NCBI GenBank assembly: GCA_951406725.2
Contig: OX597840.1
Span: 16,430,001 to 16,494,000 of the forward strand
Source of the DNA: Octopus vulgaris
Lineage: Eukaryota
Length of the DNA stretch: 64,000 nucleotides
Reading direction: 5' to 3'
The notes under the pieces are model-generated. The model ran no database searches, was not told the origin of the DNA, and saw only the letters and a list, made by a program, of their open reading frames with translations. Below, in pieces: positions 1 to 12,852 of the stretch; positions within the stretch are counted from its first letter, which is position 1; each line of letters starts with the position of its first letter. The position numbers were made by a program, and so were the translations under genes.

Positions 1-219
1 TCACCCACCACCTTCCACAATCACCATCACTACCACCAGAGCCATCACTTCAGCCACTACCACCACCACCAGCAACATCATCCCCACTGCCTCCACCAAT
101 ACAAACACCACCACTATCACTACCATCAGCCCCATCACCACCACCACCACCATCATTTTGATGGCAACAAATTTCTGTATCTAACGTTTTCCGCCCCCAT
201 CACAAATTTCTCATTGAAG

Positions 220-395
220 GTCCCAAGGTCCTTCCTGACACAAATAAACTCGTAGAAATCTTCAGGAGACAAGAATTTAAACCTGACCCCATGGGAACAA
301 GTCTACTATTCGCTTTCATGGCTCAACATTTTACTCACCAGTTTTTCAAGACTGACCTAACCAAAAATCCCGACATGCAATGGGGCAATCAAGGC
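220..395 (+). CDS. PTGS: Cyclooxygenase gene A, internal exon (equivalent of human PTGS2 exon 5); earlier exons lie upstream of the window
   Basis: ttgaag|exon|gtaagt. Translates (G)PKVLPDTNKLVEIFRRQEFKPDPMGTSLLFAFMAQHFTHQFFKTDLTKNPDMQWGNQG, containing the COX motif AQHFTHQFFKTD (distal Gln203/His207). Confidence 0.96.
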
Positions 396-439
396 GTAAG
401 TACATTATCCATCTAACCATCTGTCTGTCTATCTATCTA

Positions 440-485
<46 letters not shown>

Positions 486-639
486 CATCAGTCTGTCTGT
501 CTGTCTATCTATCCATCTATCTATTTGTCTATCTGCCTGTCCGTCTGTCTGTGTGGCTGTCTGACTCTCCCTCCCCCTCTCTCTCTCTCTCTAATATATA
601 TATATATAAATATATTTTTATTTTTTATTCTTTTATTCT

Positions 640-1002
640 TTTACTTGTTTCAGTCATTTGACTGTGGCCATGCTGGAGCACCGCATTTAGTCGAGCAAAT
701 CTGACCCCAGGACTTATTCTTTGCAAGCTTAGTACTTATTCCATAGGTCTCTTTTGCTAAACTGCTAAGTTAGGGGTGATGTAAACACACCAGCATCAGT
801 TGTCAAGTGATGTTAGGGGGACAAACACAGACACACACACACACACAAACACTTATATATGACAGACTTCTTTCAGTTTCTGTCTACCAAATCCACTCAC
901 AAGGTTTTGGTCAGCTCGAGGTTATAGAAGGCACTTGCCCAAGGTGCCATGGAGCGGGACTGAACCCGGAACCATGTGGTTGGTAAGCAAGCTACTTACC
1001 AC
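640..1002 (-). mobile_element. tRNA-derived SINE family A
   Basis: Head ggctgtgtggtaag...ggttcagtccc, central (TG/TA)n, tail gctccagcatggcc-cagtcaaatgactgaaacaagtaaa; many copies in the window. Confidence 0.8.
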
Positions 1003-1110
1003 TCACACGCACACACATCAACCAAAACTGTCCGATGAACGGATACGTTAAACTCTGAGTAACAGTATTTGTGATGTCTCTGCAGCTTTATTAAAAAAGT
1101 ATATAAATAT

Positions 1111-1143
<33 letters not shown>

Positions 1144-1153
1144 CACACTCATG

Positions 1154-1377
1154 TGAGGTGGGGTGTTGAAAAGTTCCCGGCTTTAAGAGCATGGTGAAGT
1201 GACTGGTTGGAGGCCCAACCTTCTGAGTTCTTTTACAGGGTCTTAGAAAAACTGAAGGACTACTGCAATAAGTGTGTGAGTTTGAGAGAGGAATATATTG
1301 AATAAAATCATAATTAACTGATCCTCCCACACAAAGCCTCTTACTCAAAGCCAAGAACTCTTCAGTATCCCCTCTTA
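1154..1377. mobile_element. Tc1/mariner-type MITE
   Basis: Imperfect terminal inverted repeats of the type gaggggtgctgaaaagttcctggcttt; a better copy lies at 58102-58318 and a partial one near 13155. Confidence 0.65.
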
Positions 1378-1430
1378 TATGTATGTATGTATATAGAATA
1401 TATATATATCTATCTATCTATCTATTTAAA

Positions 1431-1502
<72 letters not shown>

Positions 1503-1705
1503 ATCCAAACATGAACAAAGAGAAAACACAACAATGCGAGGACTTGGAACAAGTATAGTGTTATTGGACGCTCAGGAAAGGAAAGAAAGAAGGAGGATTT
1601 CACATTTTGAGCGGAGCTCTTCATCAAAAATGTAGAAAAGAAGAAGAAAAAGTCCAAGGAAGGGAAGATGGAGAAAGAAAATCGTCAACGATACACACGT
1701 GGTCG

Positions 1706-2040
1706 TATATACATGCTGAGACCCCCTTTGGTCATGAATGACCATGGGATTGCACCTAGAAAGTTCCCCTCCAAGGCACAAGTCTGGGCAAGGTTGTTTA
1801 TGGAAGACCAGCAGTCACCCATGCATACCAGCCTCCCCTCTCCACACCAAAGGAAAGGCAAAGGGGCCAATACAGCTTGGCGACTGTGACGTCGCAACTA
1901 ATTTCTACAGCTGAGTTAAGTGGAGCAATGTGAAGTAAAGTGTCTTGCTCAAGAACACAACACACAGCCTGGTCCAGGATTCAAACTCACAACCTCATGA
2001 TCATAAGCTTGACGCTCTAACCACTGAGCCATGTGCCTTC
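1706..2040 (-). mobile_element. tRNA-derived SINE with tgtgt(c/t)cttgagcaagacactt core
   Basis: Reverse strand: ggctcagtggttagagcg...gagtttgaatcct, then the core motif; related copy at 18104-18415 (+). Confidence 0.65.
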
Positions 2041-2217
2041 ACACACACACACACACATACACACACACACAAATACACACACACACAAACACAGACACAG
2101 ACAGACAGACACACACACACACACACACACATATATAGCTGTTTAAGAATCTAAGAATCCATAAATTAGAAAAATTATACACTCATATATTTGTTAATAG
2201 AGTGAGTATAGTAATCC

Positions 2218-2466
2218 CAGTGTACAGTTTTATATATCCGTTACCGCCAACCTTATCAATTGGTTTCGCATTAGGGGTTCCATGAGGTGTTAGATAGTGG
2301 CCCGATTATTTCACCTTGTGCACTTCTTGTTTTCTTCCATAATTGCCCTCTCTGAAAAGTGCAAATTTGCATAAACTTGTTGTTAGCTAACACCCTGTTG
2401 AACCCCTAGTGCAAAACCAATTGATAAAATCAGTTCACACTGGTTATATAATACCGTTTCAGTGGG
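2218..2466. mobile_element. Small MITE with imperfect inverted ends
   Basis: tatcaattggtttcgcattaggggttc pairs with gaacccctagtgcaaaaccaattgata. Confidence 0.5.
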
Positions 2467-3504
2467 TTGATTAGTATGTCTCAGGCCCAGGTATAGTTAC
2501 AATTTCTTGGTTCTCATGTGTCAGCTATAAGCAGTGGAAAGAAATACAAGAAAATGTGTTGCTATTAATTTGTACAGCAACAGGTTGGTCACATCATGAT
2601 GATACCGTCTGGAGATAAATGTTCATATTGTTTTACAAATCAGTTTGAAATTAGTGATGTGTGCAGGGCAGACAGGAACTGAAGTACCTGGCATCCCTTC
2701 TTGAAGTCTCTCATCCTCTCTGCTTACATTAAAGCTACTTGCAAATAACTCTCCTCTCTCCTTGAAGATTCCCACCTCATTGGAGAAAATAGGAGACATC
2801 ATTCTATTTAAAGATGATTTGGGGCTCCAGTGTGCAAACATATTTTGCTGCGCTTGGTTGGCCCATACTAGGGCCACTTCGACCATCTTGGACCCCTGTC
2901 ACCCAGTTTTCATTAAATTTATTAGAGAGTATTAACTCCCATTCATAGAAATAGCAGCCAAGATATTCCCATCTTTAAAAGAGAGAAGGACACAATGGAT
3001 AATGTTGTCCTTGGGTGTATTATCTGTAAACAGAATGGGATAATTATGGTTGGAATGTCTTTATTGATCTGCATGTTGAAAGCTGACCTGGGGCTACACA
3101 CCAACACAACTGCAATTACAATAGCGACGATGACAATTCCAATGACAATGACGACATGATGACCACCACCACAATAACAATAACAATAACAACAGCACCA
3201 ACAAGGACAACAACAACAGTAACTTTCTGGTCATGACACAATAAATCTGGGATCAACAACATTTTGTAAAGGTCCACCTATTTTTTCACATTCATCCATG
3301 GCTCCCTGCTGCATCATATCTTATGTGTAAAAATATCCCTGCGTGCCCTCTTTTCGATTCCATCACTGACAATTCTTGTTTAAATAAAAATGAAACAAAC
3401 CAGAAACATAAACAATCAAAAACATCAACAGCTCTGTAACCCACTGATGCATTAGATATGAAAATTCCTTTAGGAAAGATCCAGTGTCTACGGAGCACAT
3501 TTTA

Positions 3505-3695
3505 GTGATCCCGTTGTGAGTCATGACCCAGTTGTGAGCAGTGTCCTACTTGTGAGCCATGACCCAGTTGTTAGCTGTTATCCAGTTGTGAACTGTGTAC
3601 TAGTTTGGGCTGTGACCCAGTTGTGAGATATAGTCCAGTTATGATCTATGTCTCAGTCGTTAATTGTCACCTGGCTGTGAACTATGTCCCATCTG
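3505..3695. repeat. Degenerate ~20-bp minisatellite
   Basis: Repeated gttgtgagccatgaccca-like units. Confidence 0.7.
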
Positions 3696-3996
3696 TTGCC
3701 GATCGCTACAGTAAAGAGATATCGTAGTGTTTTAATCTTTATAAAAAGTAGGGTATTCACTGAATCACTAAATCATCCCAAAGGAAACTCACAGTATTAG
3801 TTACCAACTTCCACGATCTGATTTCATACTCCTCCGAGGCCTACCCTACTTTTAAACCTTTTGAAGTGGGTGTTAGGTCGCAGTATCGATTTAACGCGAT
3901 AAAAAAACAAAGAAGAGTTTGATTTTTGCTTTTTATATTTGATACACGGAATTAAGATGTCATCTTTTCTGTTATGTCTTGTATTTTTTCTATTAG

Positions 3997-4080
3997 GTTG
4001 ATGCCAGTAATATCTATGGCAAAAATCTTCACGAAGAGAATCTTTTAAGAACATTCAAAGATGGTAAAATGAAGACTCAG
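3997..4080 (+). CDS. PTGS: Cyclooxygenase gene A, exon (PTGS2 exon 6 equivalent)
   Basis: tattag|84 nt|gtatta. VDASNIYGKNLHEENLLRTFKDGKMKTQ matches COX VDxxHIYG...LRxFKDGKMKYQ; phase 0 at both ends. Confidence 0.95.
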
Positions 4081-4549
4081 GTATTACCAATTACATACAA
4101 TTGTATCTATAATAAAAAAAAGTTCTGTATAATGTTTCGTGTCACGTGAAAGGCAATAATGTCAACATCATCGTATAGTGTGTCATATATACAACTGTTG
4201 TATACTAAATGTATTATATACTATTGTACATTATATATACACTATATACAGTTGTATACCATATATACACTACTGCTATATGTTATATACTGCTGTACGA
4301 TATGTGCGTACATGAGTGTGTGCGTACATGAGTGTGTGCGCACGCGTGCACATGTGTGTGTCTGCATGTGTTCATGTTAAGTTACAATAAAAACAATTTT
4401 ATATTAAACTGAAGAGTTAGTCAATACATTTTGTAGAGTATATATTTATTATTCTTGAAGAACAATAATGTTGACAGTAACTTTGAAGTTTCAGACTGCT
4501 GCACCATCATTGGACAGTATGTATGTATGTATGTATGTATGTATGTATG

Positions 4550-4587
<38 letters not shown>

Positions 4588-4590
<3 letters not shown>

Positions 4591-5285
4591 TAGCAGTATA
4601 ACCTGGCCTTGCCTGGGATTAAGTTACGATTATTAAGCTAATCAAGTTCTTTATTTCAAACCAAACTAAGTAATATAGACGTCAAATTTGGGCGAAATCT
4701 GTTGAAATTAGTTATATTATATATATTATATATATATATATAATATAATATAAATATATATGGGCAACAGACATGAACACACATGCACACACATGTACGT
4801 ACGTACACCTATTGCATGTTTTGTGCATGCATACATGTTCATAAACAGAAATAAATGATTTAAAATAAATATATCATAATTGTTGTGTGAGAAAGTATAT
4901 ATACTATGATTATATAATATAGTGTGCCTTTCAAAAACAAAAAATAAAACATTTTACATTTTATTCTTTATGAACGTAGTCACTTACTCTCTCTCTCTTT
5001 CACTTTGTCTTTCCTGTGGAACTCTCTGCCTCCTTCTTCCACTTTTCTTTATCTTATTTTTTTTGTTAGATGCCATCAAAAAGCAATGGCTGATATTTGT
5101 TATGGTTAAAAGCTATGGTGGAAAATGGTTGAAAATAGACTTTTACCCTATCGGGAAAAACATAACCCAGATAGAATGCTGACAAATGTCCTCCTAAAAT
5201 GCGTGCTAATTTGTGGATGTGCATAAATTACAATCACATACACACACACACACACACACACACATCCTCCCTTTTATAGATATGA
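4588..5285. mobile_element. Non-autonomous Helitron/Helentron-like element
   Basis: Begins tactagcagtataacctggccttgcctggg (short hairpin) and ends (CA)n-tcctcccttttatagatat, the layout known for DINE-1/Lep1-like elements. Confidence 0.45.
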
Positions 5286-5457
5286 TATATATAGGAAAGA
5301 GGGTTTGAAAATGCAGAGATCTTTTAAAGATGTTTATTGACTTGACTCACACACATACACACACACGCACACACACACAAAAGTGCACACATACACACAC
5401 CATCCCTTTCAATAATCTTCACTTCAGTGAGTTTTTTTTTTTTACCCTATTTTACAG

Positions 5458-5704
5458 ATCATAAACAATGAAATATGGCCACCCCATGTAAAAGACGCTC
5501 CTGTCTCAGCCAAGTTTTTAGATAAAATAGATCGGAATTACCATTTTGCAGTTGGTCATGAGTTCTTCAATGTGGTCCCAGGCCTCGTCGTCTTCTCCAC
5601 TGTTTGGCTGCGGGAACACAACCGAGTCTGCGACATTTTAAAGGAGGAGCATCCGGAATGGTTAGATGAACAATTGTTCCAGACAACTAAGCTTATAATC
5701 ATTG
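5458..5704 (+). CDS. PTGS: Cyclooxygenase gene A, exon (PTGS2 exon 7 equivalent)
   Basis: ttacag|247 nt|gtacgt. IINNEIWPPHVKDAPV...FAVGHEFFNVVPGLVVFSTVWLREHNRVCDILKEEHPEWLDEQLFQTTKLIII(G); WLREHNRVCD is a COX hallmark. Confidence 0.97.
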
Positions 5705-7004
5705 GTACGTTGTTGTTGTTTTTCTTCTTCTCCTTCTTCCTCTTCTCCTCCCCTCCCCCTCTTCTTCTTCTTCTTTTTCTTCTTCTTCTCCTCCTCCTCC
5801 TCCTCATCTGCCCTATAAATATAACATATATACGTATATGAATATGTTTGTGTGTCTGTGTTTCTCCTCACCACCATCGCTTGACAACCAAAGTTGGTGT
5901 GTTTACATCCCTGTAACTTAGCAGTTCGGCAAAAGTGACTGATAGAATAAATACTAGGCTTACAAAGAATAAGTCAACTAAAGACGATTGGCATGAATGG
6001 GTTAATGCACTAAAACCAGTTTTTTTTGTTCTGAACATGTGTTGCTGAAATTAGGGTGGGCCTTTTATGCATATATTTTGAAACACAATAACAACAAAAC
6101 ATTATTTATCAAACATGGACCTTCCACTTGTATATATGTATAGATATATAAAATGCTATTAGAAAATATATGCACCAGTTACAAAGAGAAACTTTGACCT
6201 TGTCAGCGTCCTAGTTTTCTTGGTTGGGTGCGTAAGAATGCTGTTTACTCACTTGTTACCTGAAACCAGTCAGTCCTTTTATATATATGCATTTAACTGT
6301 CACGAGCTACTTATGATAATGAAATTATTGTATACAGTGCTCAGGTGCACCTCTCCTTATAAAAGTAGAACTAGTTAAACTATATTATATCTCCACTAAT
6401 AATTTTTAACACAAGCTAGATAAATATTCTGCCTTAATTTAATACTTATGAGGAGAAATAACCTGCACCAAATATGAAATAAATAAGCAGTTGGACATAT
6501 TCAACAGAAAATAATATTGCTTTCAAGTTTTGGCACAAGGCCAGCAATTTCAGAGGAGAGTGTGAGTTGGTAAGGTCAACCCCAGCGTTCGACTAGTTCT
6601 TATTTTATGGACCCTGATAGGATAAAAGGCAAAGTTGACCTCAGCAGAAATTGAACTCAGAATGTAAAGATGGGCAATCTGCAAAGCATTTTGCCCAGCA
6701 TGCTAACAATTCTGCCAGCTTGCTGCCCTTCAATGCAAAATAATATCAGCTATTAGGAGCAGGTGTGGTTGTGTGGTAAGAAGCTTGCTTCCCAACCATA
6801 TGGTTTCAGGTTCAGTCCCACTATGTGGTATTTTGGATAAGTGTCTTCTTCTCAAACCCTGTGACGACCAAAGCTTTGTGAGTGGATTTAGCAGACAGAA
6901 ACCAAAGGAAGCTCATAAGATATATATGTGACCTATTGGTTAGGGTATTCCATACACGATCGCGTGGTCATGGTTTTGTTTCCCAGACTGGCAGTGCATT
7001 GTGT

Positions 7005-7470
7005 TCCTACGTAGGACTGGATACCTTGTTAGAATGAATGATAGCAGGATCCCTAAACAGATACTATATGGGGAACTTGTTAGTGGAAAGCAACCCTGGC
7101 GGAAGCCAAGACTGTGATTTAGGGACTGTTTAAAGTCCTCATTAAAGGCCTGTGAAATGTGGGAAGCTGACTGGGAGAGCAATGCTTGTCATTGCCACAG
7201 ATGGAGGAAACAGGTAAAGGAGGGAGTTGATACCTTTCAAAAAGCACGTATTCTTCATGAAGAATTTAAAAATGCTACTCAAAAACGAACTGCTAGTGTA
7301 ATGAGTGGAGGAAGCTTGGTCTGCAATGTTTGCAGCCATGTATGTTTGGCAGGAGCAGGGCTCGTTAGTCACCAACAGAGCTGAAGGTGTGAAGTATAAG
7401 ATAGTCTTGACCGCACAATGTTCCTAAAGGTCAGTAATGGTTTTCCTTGGTCACGAGTGGATGGTCATCA
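7005..7470 (+). mobile_element. RTE (BovB-like) LINE 3' fragment
   Basis: Degenerate frame LVRMNDSRIPKQILYGEL...KPRL*FRDCLK...WE...CNVCSHVCLAGAGLVSH. Confidence 0.8.
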
Positions 7471-8136
7471 TGCCATTAATCAGTTTTATTTCACGATTTC
7501 TTACCAATAGAGACAGGGTCAGTTTCTAACCTAGATTCAAGTGTCTTTCATTGGAATTTCAATAACATCAACTGGGTGTGTTTGTATGTATGTATATGCA
7601 CAGATTTGTATGTTTTGTTTTATGTATGTCTTCTCATGCATATAATTGCATATCTAGACATGCTCATATATACTTAAATGATAAACTTCTGGAACGTTTT
7701 ACAGATTTTTATAGTCCCATTGATGGCTTCGATCTGTAGTCTTTGAATCAGCTTTCTTTTTTCTGGTTTTGGGAAACCTAATTTCTCAGGATTGATAGTT
7801 AGGTAGTTATCCCAGTGCCCAAATAATTACAGGTATAAACCTGAACTTGTAGTCTGGACAGAGTAACTTTATGCATATATGTATGTATATATGTATGTGC
7901 ATGTGTGTGTGTGTCCCTTCACCGCTTGGCTACTGGTGTTGGTTTGTTTACATGCCCATGACTTATCCATTCAGCAAAAGAGATCGATAGAATAATTACT
8001 AGAGTTTCAAAAAAAAAAGTGTTGGAGTCGAATTGTTTGACTAAAAAAAAAACAAAACAAAACAAAAACAACTTCAAAGTAATGCCCCAGCATGATCACA
8101 GTCCAATGTCTGAAACAAGTAAAAGACACACACACA

Positions 8137-8238
<102 letters not shown>

Positions 8239-8959
8239 AATTTGAGACAAGACAATCAGACCCCCTGGCTATATCTGGGCAGCCAATCCTCCAGACATCC
8301 AATTAATTACTTCACTCTATTTTTTTTTTGTATTTTTGGGTTTTTTTCTGTTATTTACTGAGATCAACTTCTGCCTAAGTCAGGCTTTGCCTTTTATCTT
8401 TCAGGGATTGGTAAAATAAATCATCAGTCACGTATCTGGTTCGATTTCATGATTAACTACTCCATCATCATTTGTCACTCAAATTTGTGATCTTGTTTCT
8501 ATATAAGAAAATATTTATTTGTTGTTTTTTTACTGTGCTATTTTTTATTTCTTACAAGATACTTAGATACATGCAAATATTTGTACATGCATATATACAT
8601 AGATATATTTACACATACATATATACAAATAAAAAATACATACATTCATAGATATATACATACAAATGTACATATATACATACATACATACATATATATA
8701 TATGTATGTGTGTGTATGTGTGTATATATATATATAGGAAGAATTCACAAAAAAACAACAAAAGACAATGACAGGTGGTGTAGACAACAAACAGATGTAT
8801 TAGTTTAACGCTCAGGAAGTAAAAATTTCTTTAACGTTTTGAGCTTAAGCTCTTCCACAGAAAGGAACACAGAAAGAAACAAGGAGAGAAAATAAAGAAT
8901 ATGTAGTGACTAGCGATCTATCATGGCAAAACAATATATATATATATATATATGCATAC

Positions 8960-9452
8960 ACTGTTCTATATTTTAAAGATGAGGAATTCCGTACATTATT
9001 TATATTGGATAGATGTGTCCCCATCTTGTTTGTTATTACCACAACATATTGGCTGATTTACTCTCCAGCTTTCATCAGGTGTCCTGGTAGAATTTTGAAC
9101 CCAACCCTGGGTTCTCATTCCTAAGTTATTTTTTGCTGATGGTACTTTTATTATTATTATTATTTATTCAAGGTACTTGGAATCTTGGGGTTAGTAGCCC
9201 GCACTCTTAACCAATATGCCTGTGGGCAATTATAGAGTGAATTTTAAGGCTTATAAACCTAATATTTTTGTATCCTTCATTAATACTGGTTTCCATATTC
9301 TACTCATATCTGCACTAGGTCTGCTTAGGAGGTTATAGTGCCTCTTTTAGTTTTCGTATTTTCCAGTGGTGTTCTCTGTCTATTATTTTAACTTCATCCC
9401 ACAGGGAAAGGTGGTCTTGGTTTTTCCATACATGATTAGCTATACTCGATTT
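8960..9452 (-). mobile_element. Penelope-like element 3' remnant (GIY-YIG endonuclease C-terminus plus pseudo-LTR)
   Basis: 9452 to 9251 reads KSSIANHVWKNQDHLSLWDEVKIIDREHHWKIRKLKEA/NLLSRPSADMSRIWKPVL; followed by a decayed hammerhead core (ctgatga-a-agctg..cagc) at about 9038-9082. Confidence 0.75.
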
Positions 9453-9682
9453 TGTATAGCCGAAATTACTACGATGATCCGGTTCTTGACTGAAGACTGA
9501 GGGTTTCGAATGTCCTGTCTGTGTTTATTGTGTCGTCTTCTAAGAGTTATACGTTCTTGTCCATGTTGTATTTTTCTACATACCTTAATATATATATATA
9601 TATATATATATAAGTTGATTATAAGTGGATAAATCAGTGTATTGGCTTTAGAATAACCTTCTTTAGCCCTTAATTATAATAT

Positions 9683-9728
<46 letters not shown>

Positions 9729-9780
9729 GTATGTGTGTGTGTGTGTGTATACTTATTGATTTAAATTAATATTTTTTCAG

Positions 9781-10067
9781 GTGAAATAATCAAATTGATT
9801 ATTGAAGAGTATGTCAGCCATCTGGCACATTATGGCTTAAATATTCGCTTTGATCCAGAACTGCTCTTTAATCAACGTTATCAATACCAGAACCGAATTG
9901 CCATCGAATTCAATCACCTATACCACTGGCATCCATTCATACCTGACACTTTCAACATCAATGGAACAATGTACACAAACAGGGAGTTTTATTACCATCC
10001 TGAGATTGTTGTGAAACATGGAATGAAGGCGTTTGTTGATTCCTTATCACGACAAACAGCTGGTCAA
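9781..10067 (+). CDS. PTGS: Cyclooxygenase gene A, catalytic exon (PTGS2 exon 8 equivalent)
   Basis: tttcag|287 nt|gtaagt. EIIKLIIEEYVSHLAHY...QYQNRIAIEFNHLYHWHPFIPD...SRQTAGQ, with the equivalents of Tyr348, Tyr355, catalytic Tyr385 and proximal His388. Confidence 0.97.
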
Positions 10068-10469
10068 GTAAGTAAATGAACATCCATACTTATACAGGCA
10101 ATCTTCCCAAGAAATTATATGAGAAGTGAAAGTGTTTCCAGTATAAAATTCTATTTCTTCAATTTTTTTTCAGTTGAATTGCTTATGTTTGTGTATTTTT
10201 TGTGTATGTATTATGCATTTATGTGTGTATGTATGTATATTTGTGTGGAGGTGCAATGGCTCAGTACTTAGGGCAGCAGACTCACGGTCGTAGGATTGTA
10301 GTTTCGATTCCCAGACCGGGCGTTGTGAGTATTTATTGAGCGAAAACACCTAAAGCTCCACGAGACTCTGGCAGGGGGGGGGGGCAAACCCTGCTGTACT
10401 CTTTCACCACAACTTTCTTTCACTCATTCTTCCCGTTTCTGTTGTATCTGTATTTCAAATAGGCCAGTC

Positions 10470-10702
10470 TTATTTCTTTATTGCCCACAAGGGGCTAAAC
10501 ATAGAGGGGACAAATAAGGATAGACAAAGGGATTAAGGTGATTACATCAACCCCAGTGTATAACTGGTACTTAATTTATCGACCCTGAAAGGATGAAAGG
10601 CAAAGTCGACCTTGGTGGAATTTGAACTCAGAACGTAATGGCAGACGAAATACCACTAAGCATTTTGCCCAGTGCGCTACTGATTCTGCCAGTTCGCCGC
10701 CT
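10470..10702 (-). mobile_element. SINE family B, inserted into an older SINE
   Basis: ggcggcgaactggcagaatc...gagttcaaattcc...gcctttcatcctttc..ggtcgataaattaagtaccag...ccccttgtgggcaataaagaaat. Confidence 0.75.
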
Positions 10703-11016
10703 TGTGTGACATGTTGAATCTCCTCAAGAACTACGTTAAGGTTACAAATGTCTGTGGAGTGCTCAGCCACTATGCACATTAATTTCACAAGCAGGCTGTT
10801 CCATTGATCAGATCAACTGGAACCCTCTTCGTTGTAACTAGCAGAGTGTCATGATGTATATTTGTGTAAGTATATGTATATATGTGTATTTGTCTATGTA
10901 TGTGTTCACATAAATATGCATGTGTATATGCATAGATTAGATTGTTTGGAAAATGATGGCCGATTTTAGAAATATGCCAATATTCTTGAAAAACTGAACT
11001 TATACAAAGGTTTAAT

Positions 11017-11432
11017 AGGCGTAGGAGTATCTGTGTGGTAAGTAGCTTGCTTACGAACCACATGGTTCCAGGTTCAGTTCTACCTTTGGCAAGTGTCTTC
11101 TACCATAGCCTTGGGCCAACCAAAGCCTTGTGAGTGGATTTGGTAGACGGAAACTGAAAGAAGCCTCTTGTATATATGTATATGCATATGTATGTGTGTG
11201 TATATGTTTGTGTGTCTGTGTTTATTCCCCCAACATCGCTTGACAACCGATGCTGGTGTGTTTACGTCCCCATAACCTAGCGGTTCGGCAGAAGAGACTG
11301 ATAGAATAAGTACTAGGCTTACAAAAAATAAGTCTCAGGGTCAATTTGCTCGACTAAAGGTGGGCTCCAGCATGGCCGCAGTTAAATGACTAAAACAAGT
11401 AAAAGAGTAAAAGAGTAAAAAGACTAAAGAGT
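11017..11432 (+). mobile_element. SINE family A, full-length copy
   Basis: Complete head, body and tail ending in (aaaagagt)n. Confidence 0.85.
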
Positions 11433-11439
11433 ATCTCCC

Positions 11440-11748
11440 GTTGATTAACGAGGTCATTTATGCTTCTTTGATAAAAACCCATGAGTCTTGATGCCAAGAA
11501 ATCCTTGAATTCAGTTTTAACCTTCATTATGAAACAAAAGGGTTTTTTTTTGCATTAAAGAAGTGTCTAGATACTTCAAAAAGTTCTAGTTGGTGGGTGA
11601 AAGATCAGGAGAATATGGAAGATGAGGTAAAGTGTCATATCCCGAGTCTGTGAGCTTCTGCAGTGTCATCTTGGAAACATGTGGTTGAGTGTTGTCGTGG
11701 AGTAGAATTGGACCACATTGAATAACAAGTGCAGATCTCATTCTGCTC
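11440..11748 (-). mobile_element. Mariner transposase remnant
   Basis: ILLHDNTQPH...LPHLPYSPDLSPT (HDNA and YSPDL motifs). Confidence 0.8.
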
Positions 11749-11749
11749 A

Positions 11750-12138
11750 AGTGCCGGTGGCATGTAAAAAGCACCATTCGAGTGTGATCATTACCTGCGT
11801 CACCTTATTGGCACTTGTGCTTGTGGCACGTGAAAAAACATTTGAGTGAGGTTGTTGCCAGTGCCGATGGACTGGCTCCTGTGCAGGTGGCACATAAAAA
11901 GCACCATTTGAGCGTGGCTGTTGCCAGTACCGCCTGACTGGCCTTTGTGCTGGTGGCACGTAAAAGCACCCACTACACTTTCAGAGTGGCTGGCGTTAGG
12001 AAGGGCATCAAGCTGTAGAAACTCAGTCAGATCAGATTGGAGTCTGGTGCAGCCATCTGGTTCGCCAGACCTCAGTCAAATCGTCCAGCCCATGCTAGCA
12101 TGGAAAGCAGACGTTAAATGATGATGATGATGATGATG
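11750..12138 (+). mobile_element. 3' end of RTE LINE (same family as 48095-50101)
   Basis: ggcgttaggaagggcatc...gctagcatggaaagcagacgttaaa(tga)n; other copies at 22910-23180 (-), 40665-41335 (+) and 56371-56720 (-). Confidence 0.75.
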
Positions 12139-12539
12139 AACATGTATTTCTTCCAGTTGCTTACAGATACCAAGCATATGAGACATTTCTCTGACACTTT
12201 GTTGTGGGTTTTGTTTGATTATTGTTTTCAAATGCTGATCATTAAGGATAGATGGACATGTACCATCTTGATCTTCAAGGCTCTCATCCCCACTATTGAA
12301 TCTCTCAAACCATTGTCATTCCATCTGATCACTAGTGGACCCTTCACCCCATGCTCTGTTGATATTGGCAGCTGTTTCAGAAGTATTATGTCCAAGCTTC
12401 AATTCATGCAAAAAAAGTAAACTCATTTCTTCTTTTTTCATGTTTGAAATTAAGGATTTCTATGCTTCAAAATTATATTGTGAAAGAAATCAATAAAAAT
12501 TCACTAAAGAGTACATATTAATTATTATTTTTTATTTAT

Positions 12540-12852
12540 TATTTATGCGCCCTTTTCAAGCCTAGCCAGGCTCATGGGCCTGGTTTCCTGGTTTCTGTGG
12601 CGTATGTGTTTCCCCCCAGCTGGACGGGAAGCCAGTCCATCGCAGTGTTACTCAAGAAACAGGAAGAGAGAGTGAGAGAAAGTTGTGGCAAAAGAGTACA
12701 ACAGGGGTCACCACCACCCCCTGCTGGAGCCTCATGGAGCTTTTAGGTGTTTTCGCTCAATAAACACACACAATGCCTGGTCTGGGAATTGAAACCACGA
12801 TCCTCCAGCCACGAGTCCACTGCCTTAACCACTGGGTCATTGTACCTCCACA
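12540..12852 (-). mobile_element. tRNA-derived SINE family D
   Basis: Reverse complement matches the head and body at 10245-10440 (gagcgaaaacacctaaa-gctcca). Confidence 0.65.

Noticed and set aside
3505-3695. CRISPR-like periodic repeat
   Set aside because: Contiguous degenerate units without unique spacers, in a eukaryotic intron.
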